NCBI GenBank assembly: GCA_001179505.1
Contig: CDMY01000249.1
Coordinates: 62,001 to 126,000 of the forward strand
Source of the DNA: Vitrella brassicaformis CCMP3155
Lineage: Eukaryota > Protista > Chromerida
DNA: 64,000 nucleotides
Direction: 5' to 3'
Shown here: positions 47,329 to 59,341 of the stretch, in pieces
Layout: each line of letters starts with the position of its first letter
Position numbering within the stretch: position 1 is the stretch's first letter
Made by a program: the position numbers and the translations under genes
The notes under the pieces: model-generated
What the model saw: the letters and a program-made list of their open reading frames with translations, nothing else
What the model was told of the DNA's origin: nothing
The model's database searches: none

Positions 47329-48516
47329 ATGGTTGAGTTCGGCAACTTGAAGACGGATGCGGGCATCGCCAAGCTCAACACACAGTGAGGAGGAGGGGCC
47401 CTGATCTGTCTGCTGCAGCACACACATCCATTGATCAAGCGCGTGTGTGGTGGTGTGGTGGTGCATCTCGTGTGCTTGTCTGGCTTGTCTGTCTGTGTGC
47501 AGCTTGGAGAAGTGCTCGTACATCACCGGCTTCATCCCGACGCAGAATGACGTCACGTGTCTCGGCAAGATGCTGGCGTGCCCCGATGGCAAGAAGTACC
47601 CACACGCGGCGCGATGGTACCGACACATTGCCCACTACACCCCCGTGAGGCGCAAGATGTTCCCCAAGGGCGAGATGGGCAGCAAGAAACCTGACGATGA
47701 AGACGACATCGACCTTTTCGGTCAGCGATAGTGAGGCAGGCAGGCACACCTACCCGCATCTGTAGCATGGTGTGATTCTGTGTGCGATTGTGTGTGTTCA
47801 GGTGAGGAGACTGAGGCCGACAAGGAGGCCGCCAAGAAGCTGGCGGAGAGCAAGAAGGCCGAGGCAGAGAAGTCCAAGAAGAAGAAGGTGGAGAAGTCGC
47901 TCCTGCTCATCGACTGCAAACCCTTCTCGAGCGACACCAACCTCGACAAGCTGGCTGAACTGGTCAAGCAGATTAAGATGGAGGGGCTGGAGTGGAAGGA
48001 ACAGACCAAGAAGGTACGTGCGCCATCGACCATCACATCCATGTGCATATGTGGGCATATTGGTGTGTGGTTATGCGTGTGCAGATACCCATGGCGTTCG
48101 GGCTCAACAAGCTCCAGGTGCGCCGAAAGCTGCGCACCCCAGAATGGACAGGATAGACAGACAGGCTGACCATTGTGTTTGTGTGTGTGTGTCTGTATGT
48201 GTGTCTGTGTGTGTGTGTGTGCAGGTCGGTTGTGTGATCCAGGACGACTTGGTGTCGACGGATCTGCTGTGCGAGCTGATTGAGAACGTGGGCATGACTG
48301 AGGAGCAGATCAAGAAGAGAAAGGAGCTCGAGGAGGCCGAACACGAGGAAGGCGCGGAGGTACACACACACACACACCACAGAGAGAGAGAAGGGGAGAG
48401 AGACTGTCATGTCCCATGCTCTTTTTGCCTGTGTTGCCTGTGTGTGTTAGGACGAGGACGAAGAAGACCTCGGCCTCGTCCAGTCGGTCGAGATCGCTGC
48501 CTTCAACAAGCTCTGA
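47329..48516 (+). CDS. EEF1B: Translation elongation factor 1-beta
   Basis: MVEFGNLKTDAGIAKLNTHL..SYITG, HAARWYRHI, DDEDDIDLFG, KSLLLIDCKP, IKMEGLEW, PMAFGLNKLQ, VQSVEIAAFNKL-TGA. Confidence 0.95.
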
Positions 48517-49322
48517 ACGGGCAGCGTGCATGATTTTCCGGGCGTCCTCGTGCACGCGTCAACGCAAGATTTGAGAGGTGTTTTTCGTGTCGTGCTGTCG
48601 TGGGTTGGGTTGCGTATGCATTCAATTCACGACCCCCCGCTACCCCCTTTATCGATGCATCAGTCTGTGTGGTCGATCGGTGGTTCGTTGGTGACTTTTG
48701 TGCCTGCGACCTACATGTGTTGCCCCCTCCCCCCATGTTGCTCCTCGACTCATTGGTCGCCTGGTCCGACTCCTAGCGCCTTTCTGTCTCGGGGCAGGCA
48801 GGGGCTCCGAGCCGGAGACGGCGTGCAGTGAGGCGAAGAGCGACCTGAGTTCATTCAGCCGTGCCCGTGGCGCCGTGTGGAAGCGAACGATTTTGAAGTA
48901 TGGTGATGCGTTGCGTGGTCTTGGTCTTGTCGCGTGTGTGTTATGTGCGTGAACTGGTTCACGCGTTGAAGAGGGGTTCGCGTGCATGTGTCGATCTGTC
49001 CCTCCATCCACATGGCCGTACTCAAAAAATGCATGGGAACCGCCATTAGACGCACAGACAACAAGACGCGCAGACACACTGCCTTAACGAGAAAATCAGA
49101 CCCAGTGACAGCGGAAGCGCAGAACCAGAATCATTCGACCTGTTGTCTAACCAACCACAGCCACAACTGCAACCACGAGGAACAAAACTGCCGCGCCCCG
49201 CCCGCCCGCCCGCCCGCCGGCTCAGTGACTCAGAAGAACTTCCAGTCCCTGACGGCCTTCTTAGGCTGCGCCAGGGCAGGCTGCACTTTGCTCTTGCGCG
49301 ACAACTTAAGAACCGTGTCGCG

Positions 49323-52300
49323 TCACTGGCTCGACTCATCCGCCGGCGACTCCTGCACCGCCAGCATCTGAGACACGGGCAGACAGACATTGTGGACATA
49401 TCGGTGCAACCGACACAGAAATCGAGGACGACTTAGAAAGTTCTTGTGCACGACTTACGGGCGCTGGCTTGCCTTCTCGACGGACCCTCTCCAGCTCCTC
49501 TTTGAGGGACTGAATAGAGACACATACACAGCAGATAGAGATAGAGCCGGCGATTGAGAAGATGTGTCCTGGTTGGTCACTCACGTCGTTCTCTCTCTGC
49601 AGCTTCTCAATGAACTTCTGCAGTGTGGCTTCCCGCAAAGATGACTCATGCAGCTCATTCTGGAAAGACGCGATGCGGTCCTCCATACCCTTGGCCGCGG
49701 CGGCGCCCTCGACGGAGGATGCCTTCATGCCATCGATATCGCCTTGCAGTGTCTCGACTCGGCCAGCCAGATCCTTGTTGGCCTTCGACATCTCCTCCTT
49801 CTCCGCTGTAAGGGACGCGATGCGGTCCTCCATATCCTTGGCCGCCGCGGCGCCCTCGACGGAAGACGCCTTCATGCCATCGATATCGCCTTGCAGTGTC
49901 TCGACTCGGCCAGCCAGATCCTTGTTGGCCTTCGACAGCGCCTCGATCGTCATTTTTTCTTCTTCGATCTGCTGAGTCAAGCCACTGATCGTCTTCTGGG
50001 TGTCCGCAGCGTCCAGCACCCCTTGTGCTGCAGTCGACCGCAGTGACGAAACCTCCGCCTCCAAACCCTTCGTTGCCGAATGGGCGCCCGCCAGCTGCTC
50101 GTCTACCGTCTGCAAGCAGCAATGACAGACCAATAGGGAGTGGCTCATGGCCGCTGGACTAGTGATTGGTAATACCTTCCTTTCTGCCCTTAATGTCTCG
50201 ATTTCCCCCTCCCTCTCAGCCGCGGCTTGCTGCGCACTCGCCAGTGCGCTCTCCAGTTCCGCGATTGCCTTGGCGTGCTCCTCTAAAGTGGCACTGGCAG
50301 CTGTCTGCGCGGCGGATACTTCGGCCTCCAAGCGCGTCTTGGCAGAGTTTGCCGCCTCAAGATCAGCTGTAAGCTGCTGCTGGGCCTTGTCCTGCTCTAC
50401 CTGGCTCTCGTAGAGTCGTTTAAGCTCATCTCTCGCCGCCTGTTGGAAACCAGAATGCTCATTTTTGCGCGCAAAGACGTGAGTGAAGGGGCAACGTGAC
50501 TCTTACGCTGCTCTGTTGAGTGACAGCGTTCAACTCGGCCCGCAGCTTGGAGAGCTGCTCCTCTGCCGCCGTGGCTGCCTGCTCGGCTCCCTGACATCAA
50601 CCAATGCATGATGCCACACAAACGACATGCCATATGAGACACGAATACATTTGCAGATAGAGCCTACGTACTTGCTTTTCTGCCTTGAGCGATCGGATGG
50701 TCTCGGCGTCTTGTTCGGCCTTCCGGTGCGCCTCGGTCACTTGGGCCTCCAGATGCGACACTCGGTTGGATGTAGTGGCCCACTCAATAGACGCCTGGGC
50801 ATTCGATGCTTGGAGGCCCGACAGCTGTGATTCAAGGGCGGAGGATGAAGACTTTAGAGACTCGATCGTCGCCGTCAGTTCCTCGTTCTCTTGCTGAAGC
50901 TTGCGTGTCGACTCCTGCAGCTTCGTCTTGTCTTCTCCGATCGTCTGCAAAGGAAGATATGCATACAGAGCACATGACGGCTGCAGGGTCAAAGCCTTGC
51001 GCGCAGCATGTCGTCCCACCGTGATCGTCGTCGTGAGCTTTTCGATCTCGTCGCTCTTGCTTGTCAGCTGCTCCTTGAGCTTGCCTGCCACCCACTCGCC
51101 CTGGTCCAGCAACTGCTGCAGCTCGTCGCGCTGCTTGGCCAGCTGCTGCGCGGCCTCCGTCTTAGTTGCCAGTTCGTCCTCCATGTTCTTGAGAGAGTCT
51201 TGGAGGTCTGGCACACGCGCCGCTTCACTCTCCAGTGACCGATTCTTGTCCTCAAGCAGACGCATCTTCTCTTGCAGCTGAATGATGGACCCACAGCACA
51301 CACACAGCGTCCAGGTGAAAGACCACATTGTCCTGCCAGGCCGAGTATGACTGCGCCTCTCTTACCTCGGCTGTCTCGGCTGCCAGAGATTCGTCTGCTC
51401 TGACAGCCATGTCACTGGCCTGAGGACCGGGGAGAGCAGAACAGGTGCATGGTGTCTCTCGATCGGTCCAGGGCCCATCCGCGGCCCTTTACTCACCTTC
51501 TTCGCCGAATCCAGCTCCGACTTGAGCCTCGCCATCGCATCATCCCTCTCTTTGAGCCGCTTCTCCAACTGAGTCCGCGTCTCCTCGCCTTTCTGCAGTT
51601 CCATCTCCAGCTCGGCATTGCGCTGCACCAAATCCTCCTCCAAGTCATCCATCTCGTCAGCAAGACTCATCTCCACCACAGGGGCTGACATGCGGCGCGT
51701 GCCACGACGCGAAAAAGAGGCGGACAGAGTGTCGCGCTTCGAGGAGGAGGCTGGCGATGGAGTGACGGTGGCTTCGCTCTGGATGGCGGCTTCGGCTGCC
51801 TGGATGGAGACTGCTGCTGGTGATGGTCGGCCTCTGGGGCTCTGCAGCACGCCTGGGACGCGAGGCGTCTTGGGGTCCTGGCCTCGCTCCGTCATGAAAC
51901 CGCTGGAAAGTCGGAACAAATGCGTGATGCTGGACAGAGAAACTAAGCCATTCACCTGGTCTGTGCCATCTGCGCCTCCATCAGCTTGCTTCGGAGTGTG
52001 TCGACCTCAGTGTTGAGGTTGGATGCCTGCGTGCGCTGCCCCTCCATCAGGTTCTTCAGTTCGCTGAGCTCGCGAAGCCGATCAGCCTGAAGCAAGACGA
52101 GGCAAGCAGGGCAGGTCGACCAATGTGTATGTCGTGTGCAGTGCCACCTACCGCGAGGGCTTCAAGTTGCTGTTTCTGCTGCTGGTCTGCCCTGGACTGG
52201 GCCAGCAGGTGGACGTTCTTCTCCATCTCGTCTCTCAGACGCGTCTGACAAGGCAACCGTGATTCATGTCGTCATGCCTTCATAATAGATCCCACGGTGT

Positions 52301-53363
52301 CTCCCCCACCTCACCTGAGCGTCCGCCTCCTTCCCCCTCAGCTCGGTGATGAGCGCCTCCAGTGCTTCGATCTGCTCCGACATGTCCTCCTTTCCTTTTT
52401 CAAATTCGCTACGCAGCTTCACCTCATCCTCAAACACACGTGACTTCCTTCCCCCTGGTCGAAAAGTCCCACGATGAGTAAGGGCACCGGTGGGTGTCAC
52501 CCTGCCGTCAGAGGCCTTTCCTTGCGAGGCCACATCGCTGAAGTCCACTGACTTCTCCCTTGCTGATCGGCCGGCGCCGGCTTGCAGGTTGAGAAGGCGT
52601 CGGTTCGCCTTTTGCTGAGTCTCGGCCTTCTCCTCGGCCTCCTTGACTTTCTCTTGAAGCGTGATTTGGCGCTCTGTCTCGATGTCGATCTTGCGCTGCG
52701 CTTGCTCTAACTTGTGCTTGAGCTAGTCGACCTGCTCTCGAAGCTCCCTCTCGATATCATGTAGCCTTGACACATACAAGGTGCAGAGACACACATGGGA
52801 GAAGAGTGCACTTGTGTGTGGCCCGCCGCCGGGTGCCCTCACTCTTGGTTTTCCCGCAGAAGGGACGCGTTGCGCTTCCGCATCTGATGCGCCTGCTGCT
52901 GCGCTCTTCGCACCTCTGCCTTGGCCAGAGAGTCCGCGTGCTCCTCATCGGACGACTCTTCACTGCCATGTGTCTCGAACACCTCCGTGCCACGCTTGTC
53001 TCTGGAACGGCGGGAGGTCTCATTAGCGTCCTGATCTATGCCGAGGTCCGCCAGCAGAGTGTTCACACGGCCACTGATGTCGCTGGATCGTCGACCTCCT
53101 GAGCGTCCAGTGGCGCTTGTTGGCGAGAGGCGGCTAGAGGGGGTGTCTTGCTGCACGATGTGCTTTTGCAGCCGCAGGTTCTCCTGTTTCAGGCGACGGA
53201 CTTCGCTGTTGAGTTGCTCGATGGTTGGCGAAAGGTAAGCGGCGGGGCTCGGCTCCATGTCCGGTTGCGCCGTGGGGGAGGGCGCCCTCGGCAACTCCTC
53301 AGGCTCCACCCCCATCTTCTTGTTGTCGACGTTCAGAGAGTGCGGCTGGGCGGAGGGAAGCAT
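49323..53363 (-). CDS. Large coiled-coil protein (one in-frame TAG at 52723-52725)
   Basis: Many E/K/Q/L-rich heptad exons with consistent splice sites from MLPSAQPHSL (53363) to MLAVQESPADESSQ-TGA. Internal 147-nt duplication. Confidence 0.7.
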
Positions 53364-53913
53364 TGTGGCGGAGGGTGTTTAATGGAGATTGACGGGCCTA
53401 TGAGAGGATCGTGGAAACCAAGTGGGTTCCTGATGGACGAGTTGAAGTGGAGACTGCGAGCTCGCCTCGCTCTAACGCGCCTAACTTGCGTCCATCCATT
53501 CCACCGTTGTGTCAGCGACACGGCATGAATCTAGGCATGAATTCATTCGTATTGCTCTCATTCGATAGGCAAGGAAGACAGCAGGCTGTTTATATGTATT
53601 GTCAGACAGATATGAGACAAGGCAGCTCACATAGTTCCCGGACGCCACTTGTGAGGCACAATCAATTCGTACCTTGTTGTGACCTGCCTTCGTACCTTGT
53701 ATCCGTTCACTCCGTTCTCGACCGGTCTGTCTGGAAGAAGAGACACACGCACTTCACCCACCCACCAGACTGAGTTCTGCCATTCACCCAGCCAGGCACG
53801 CCCCTACTACAATATCACACGTTCTTCCTTCATGTGCCGCTCTCGCGAAGGCACGACACACAGACTAGAAGGCCCAAGTCATACACCAACCGCACACAGC
53901 GCCGAGAACTGAC

Positions 53914-56900
53914 CTACTGCTTGTACTTTTCCATGACCTTCCTCATGCCCGGTTTCTCCGACGCCAAGTCCCACGGCGTCTTACCCTGACACACGAAAGC
54001 GCTCCTCTCGTCCATTCACAAGTCTGTGTGCACTCACTTCATAGCCTTTGATGTCGAGGAGATTGACTCCGGCCTCAACGCCCCACTCCAACCTGGACTC
54101 GCACACAGAGAGGGTGAGGAGAGAGCGGCAAAGTTGATTTGCGTTATTCATTAGTGTCCCTCACAGCTGGGCCACCGAATCGCCTTTACTGGCCTTGACA
54201 GCATCATGCAGCACTGTGTCTCTGAGCTGTGTGTGATGCTCACAGAGAAAGGCCGTCAACGAATGACCGAGAGATCTAGCTGTTTCTCACATTGGTCTGG
54301 TGTGTCAGCATGTTCTGCTTGTCCTGCCCTTTGGCATACAGGGCTTTCAGCACGTCAACGTGATAACGCGCTGTGATGAACGGTGTAGTGCCAGTCTGCA
54401 GCCCACAGACAGACAGACAGAGACAGACAGATAGACAGACAATATCGACACCAGCAAGGCGTCAGAGACACTTGTGTGCTGTAACCTTGTCGCATGCATC
54501 GAGCAGTGTGAGATCCCACTCCAGCAGCTTATTGACAGCCGCGACATGGCCATTGGCGGCAGCCCAGTGCATGGCGGTCCGACCATTCTGTTGCATTGCA
54601 TCACAACCAACATCTCTTCATTTGAGCTGATGGACATGCACCTTGTATGTTTGCTTCAGAATCGACGGCCCATACGCGTCGTACATGAGCGGCATGGCAC
54701 CGGCCTGACCACGCGATGCAGCGGCAAGGAAGGGTGTGTCCTACATGCAGCCAACAATGAGAATCTCCCCTTTGAATCCTTTCTTTCGTCTGATTACCCC
54801 GTGGTCGTTTCGTTTATCCAGTATTGCTACACCGTGAGTCTTGATCATTTGGGTGAGAGCCGCACACTCGCCCTTCTTCGCGGCCTTGAACGAGGCCTCG
54901 ACAACCTCATACTCGTCAGCCTGTCGAGGACAGTCAGGAACACACACAGCTTACTCCGAAGGCGCTGCTGCTGCATGGGTCCATCGGGGTGTACGTGTTT
55001 GATGTTTGACGGTTGTGGAGACGCCGGTCGGCTGGCTGGCGCTGAGGGCGAGACCGGCTTGGGTGGGGGCGTGGAAGTCCCCGTCAGCACCTTGAGAAGC
55101 TGATGTAGGCAACAACATGCCGTTCGTCCATCCCAAGATGATGCGTCTCATTCACCTGTCCCGCTGTGGGCCGATCGTTAGGCTCTAGGGAAGAACATTT
55201 CTGGTGATCCATCCATCACACACAGAGACAGGGAGATAAGGGTTCCCAAAGCGTCGCAGCGTGGCGACGTCCGCTTACTTTGATGACCTCTTTGGCCTGT
55301 AGGGGCACAGAGTCGGGGATGTCGGGTGCCTGAGTACAAAGGCGGTGACAGTGCCTTCAGCTATGGCGGTGACAATGGACAATGCCTCAGCTATGTGCCG
55401 TTCTTTATCGCACGTTTTCTTCAGTTGACCTGTCTAAGTCTTATGAGTTGTTGGAAGAGAACCAGCAGCGAGACGCCATGCAGCTCGAGAATGATGATCC
55501 CGAGGGCCCAGATGTCCGCCTTGGTCGTCAGATTCTCAGCTACCAAAGAGTAAGAAGTTGACAATTCTTTCCTGCTAAATGTCGCTCACCGTTCAACGCA
55601 AATGCTTCGGGCGCCATGTAAAGCCTTGTGCCCGCTCCTGCAGATGCAAGAGTGCACATGGACACGTAGCCTGACTCGCGGCGGCAGCGTGTTCCTCTCA
55701 TTTGTCTGTCACCGCCTTGAGCCGACGCTGTTCTGTTGAGGTCAATCACTAGCCCAAAATCGGTAATCTTGATGTCTTCTTCCTTGGTCACCTGCACAAT
55801 AAAGAAACGGGTGCGAATGGACGTTGCAGTCTTGCAACTTACAAGTATGTTGCCGGGCTTCAAGTCACGATGTACTATATTCTTGTTGTGAAATGACTGC
55901 ACGCCCTCACAAATCTATCGGGCGACAGATAAAAGGGTGCTCTGATTCAGCCCTCTTTGCCCGTATTAGCTACTTACCTGTCTCGCAAACTTGTCGCGGA
56001 GATTGGCCGGCAGAGGACCCTTCGTCCTCTCGAGAAATGACTGCAGTGAGCCACCCTCGCACAACTCTGAGACACACGAAAGCAACCGCCAGGCAAGAAA
56101 AGTCAGAGGGTAACGAGCACATGGACAACCCACCCACCTGATATGATCATGGGTCCGTAAGTTTCGTGAGAGCAGATGCCTAAAAAGGTGATGACATAGG
56201 GATGTTTGAGGGACAGCATCGGCTCCACCTCCTTCAAGACGTCATCATAGAGCACCTGTATGAAAAGATCCATCTCTATTCGTCGGTCCGTGGATCGGGT
56301 TGCTTTCCCACGTGGATCGGTATGAGTTTCCTGTCCTCCTCATTGACGACCTTGATAGCCACCGGCTGGTCTTTCCACAGCCCCTTGTACACTGTCCCAA
56401 AACCTCCCTTTCCTGGCCCACACACACATTAGCTGACCACATCTCGGTATGCGATTGGTCTCGGGCTCACCGAGTCTGTCTGCCTCGCTGAATGTGATGT
56501 TTTGCCGATCGATACGCAGGCGGGGAGCCGCCGCCATGACGGACTGCTTATCGCCCTTTCTCGTCGTCTACGAACACAAAGCCAAAACAAAGGGGTCGTG
56601 TGTGATGATCAGGTGCCCTCTCACGTCGTTGATCTGCGGTGCCGGTGCCTGTCCTGATATATGCTGGCCAGATGGCACTGACACGCACACAGCATTGGAT
56701 GCAATGATGTGTCCAGATCAGCATGAAGACAGACAGACCTGTTTGTTTCTTGTACTTCTCCATGATCTCTCTGATGTCCGACCTCTCCGCCGCCAAATCC
56801 CACGGCGTCTTACCCTGCCAAATTCAAAGGAATAGACCATCCAACCGTTCGTCGGGACTTGCCTTCTTGTTCTTGATGCCGAGGAGGGAGACGCCAGCCT

Positions 56901-59267
56901 CAGCAGCCCACTCGAGCCTGAAGCTCCGTACGCAGACAGAGAATAAATTCGTCGTGTCATTCCTCTGCGTCTCTTACAGCTTGGCCACCACATCGCCGGG
57001 TTTGGAAAGCAAGAGAGCTTGGTGGAGGGCATTTCCACGACCCTATTGCATTCCATCAAAGCCAACACGTCTCCTCACCACCAGCAGCACACAGGATGGC
57101 GTGTATGTGTCGCTACATTGTCTGTTTGCTGCAGTACGTCAGGTTTGCTTTCGTACATGACTGACATGACGCCCACGTGACCGCTCTGTGCAGCGTGAAG
57201 GAAGGGTGTGAACTGCGCGCAGGAATAACACCACATACAGGCCGCTGGGTGCATGTCTGTCGGCTTCTTGATTGCATACTCCTATGAAGTCTCGTTTGTC
57301 GAGAATGTCCTTGCCGTCTCGCTCGATGAACAAACGGACGGACTGCTCATCGCGAGCCTTGACCGCCTCGAAGATATCGGCCTGCACATTAAGAATGCCA
57401 AAGTACATTCGACGCTCCCTCAGCCTCCCTGTTGCATGTACTTCGTGTGCGTACGTGTTCGGCGTTTGACGGTTGTGGTGACAAAGATGGGGTGCCGGGC
57501 GCTGAGGGCGAGACGGGTACTGGGGCTGGCGTCGGGGTAACTGCATATGCGGTAAGCCTTAAATTGGTCATCTCATCTGCATTAGTAGCCCACCGAGACT
57601 GCTGTTGGGCCGTGGGTCGGGGGTCACTGCCATCGACAGCACGTCACATGAGGCAATCTGGGTGAGCAGTGGTGGTGGGGTGGTGTGTCACCTGGCCGCG
57701 GCCTTTCGTTGGTCAGTTTGTCGAGCAGCTGCCGCAGAGCAGCACGTCAGAAGCACAGAGACACAGGAACGTCATCTCTTGAAAGCCTCAGTCAGAGCGC
57801 GTCACTTCATCTCTTGTGCGCTCGGCCGACTTCTTGGATTGAAGGCGAAACAACTCTGGTGGGCCACGTGAACAACGCGACAGGTGCATTCACCATGTAC
57901 GCAACATTGTGCGTCCGGTGTCTTGCCTGGATGGCCTGCTTGACATTGACGGGGATTTCTGAGGGGATGGGGGGCGCCTGCATGACACAGGAACACACGC
58001 CTGCTAACAGAAGCTTGTCCACACACTTATGCAGCCGCCACCTCTCTATTCTCGTATATCTTCCTCGCGATCTCCCTTTTACTGAGGCCAGCGAAAGCCG
58101 GAGATGCTACAGATACAAGGGGCCACCAGCCCTCCTGTGTGCCGTGCTTTCTCTGTGTCTCACTCACCGCCGAATATTTCTGCAAAGATCAATCTGACTG
58201 GCCAGATGTCCGACCTGAGCTCCAAGTGGGGCCCTGAGAGGTGACAGGAATCTCACTAACTGTATGATTATCAATGTCATTCTGCAAGTACTGTCTGCGT
58301 AGGCCTCTGGGGGGGCATATAGGGGAGTTCCCGCTGCAGCCACGCAAGTATGGGTCGCTTTGGGATTAGATCTTTGCGTCTGTTACCGAAGTCATGGACG
58401 CTTAGGTACGACCTCTCCTCGGGCATCACCCAAGCCAGACCGAAGTCTGAGAGCTTCACATTTCCGTCGTTGTCCAGCTGCACATCAAGCAGAGAAGACA
58501 CATGGATGTGAACAAATTATGCTACTGCTGCATGTCTCAGCCACCAGAATATTCTCGGGCTTGAGGTCACGATGGCCGATGCCTTTGCTATGGGCATGGA
58601 TGAGACCCCCACATATCTGATACACAGAAAAAGCAAAAGTGATAAACACACGGAATCGCGAACTTTAAGTCCGCCTCACCTGCTTGGCATACTTGTACTG
58701 CAGGTGCTCGGGGACTCCTGACTTCCTTCTGCCCAGTTTCTTGAGAAATTTGTCCAGTGAATCCTCATAGTACTCTGCACGATAGATGGCACCTACCTCT
58801 TCAGTTCAGTGTTCAGGTGTATCCTCAGACGTATCTCTCTTTCTCACCGAGGACGAGAAGGGGAATCTTCGTGTCGTAACACACACCTAGCAGCCTCACG
58901 ACATGAGGGTGCTTCAAGCGGGCCAGGGCGTCGGCTTCCTGCAGAACTTTGTCTTTCAGACCCTGCACAATCACACAAAGATCAGCACGAGACCGGGGAC
59001 GCCCCTGCCGATGGCTATCACCTCTCTGCCGAAGACCTTCTCGAGTTCTCTTTTCGCCTTCTTGATGGCGACCCTCGTCTCGCCCCACATGGCCTTATAC
59101 ACCTGCAACATGGACATCAGGAGGTGTGTGTCACTGTATGACTGACTGCAGCAGTTGTTCTTTCGGCCGACCTCAGCGAACGCACCACCTCCAACGAAGT
59201 CCTCTTCATCGTCCCAGTGGAGGTCATGAATTCGTATCGAGTCTATCTGGACAGAGCCGCGCCTCAT
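53914..59267 (-). CDS. Tandem kinase-ankyrin-kinase-ankyrin protein
   Basis: Kinase 1 (GGGAFAE|VY, VAIK, HRDLKPEN, SDFG), Pro-rich linker, ankyrin module (57330-56760), linker exons in consistent phase (..KYKKQT|VPSG..QIND|TTRKGDKQSVMAAAP), kinase 2 (HRDLKPGN, TDFG, YMAPE), linker, ankyrin module, ending VMEKYKQ-TAG. Junction phases were checked by eye only. Confidence 0.75.
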
Positions 59268-59341
59268 CGCTGGAGGCCGGTGAAAGGGGAAAGCGGAAGG
59301 GGGGCACGTGGGAACTTGAAGAGATCCTTGGAATAGGGAAA

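Noticed and set aside
10637-52725. In-frame TAG/TAA at Gln-like positions suggesting UAR-to-Gln reassignment
   Set aside because: Conserved genes (SPL, EF-1beta, ELO, GPx, MAM33) show no internal UAR, and several genes clearly end in TAG or TAA. Isolated nonsense changes explain the cases.
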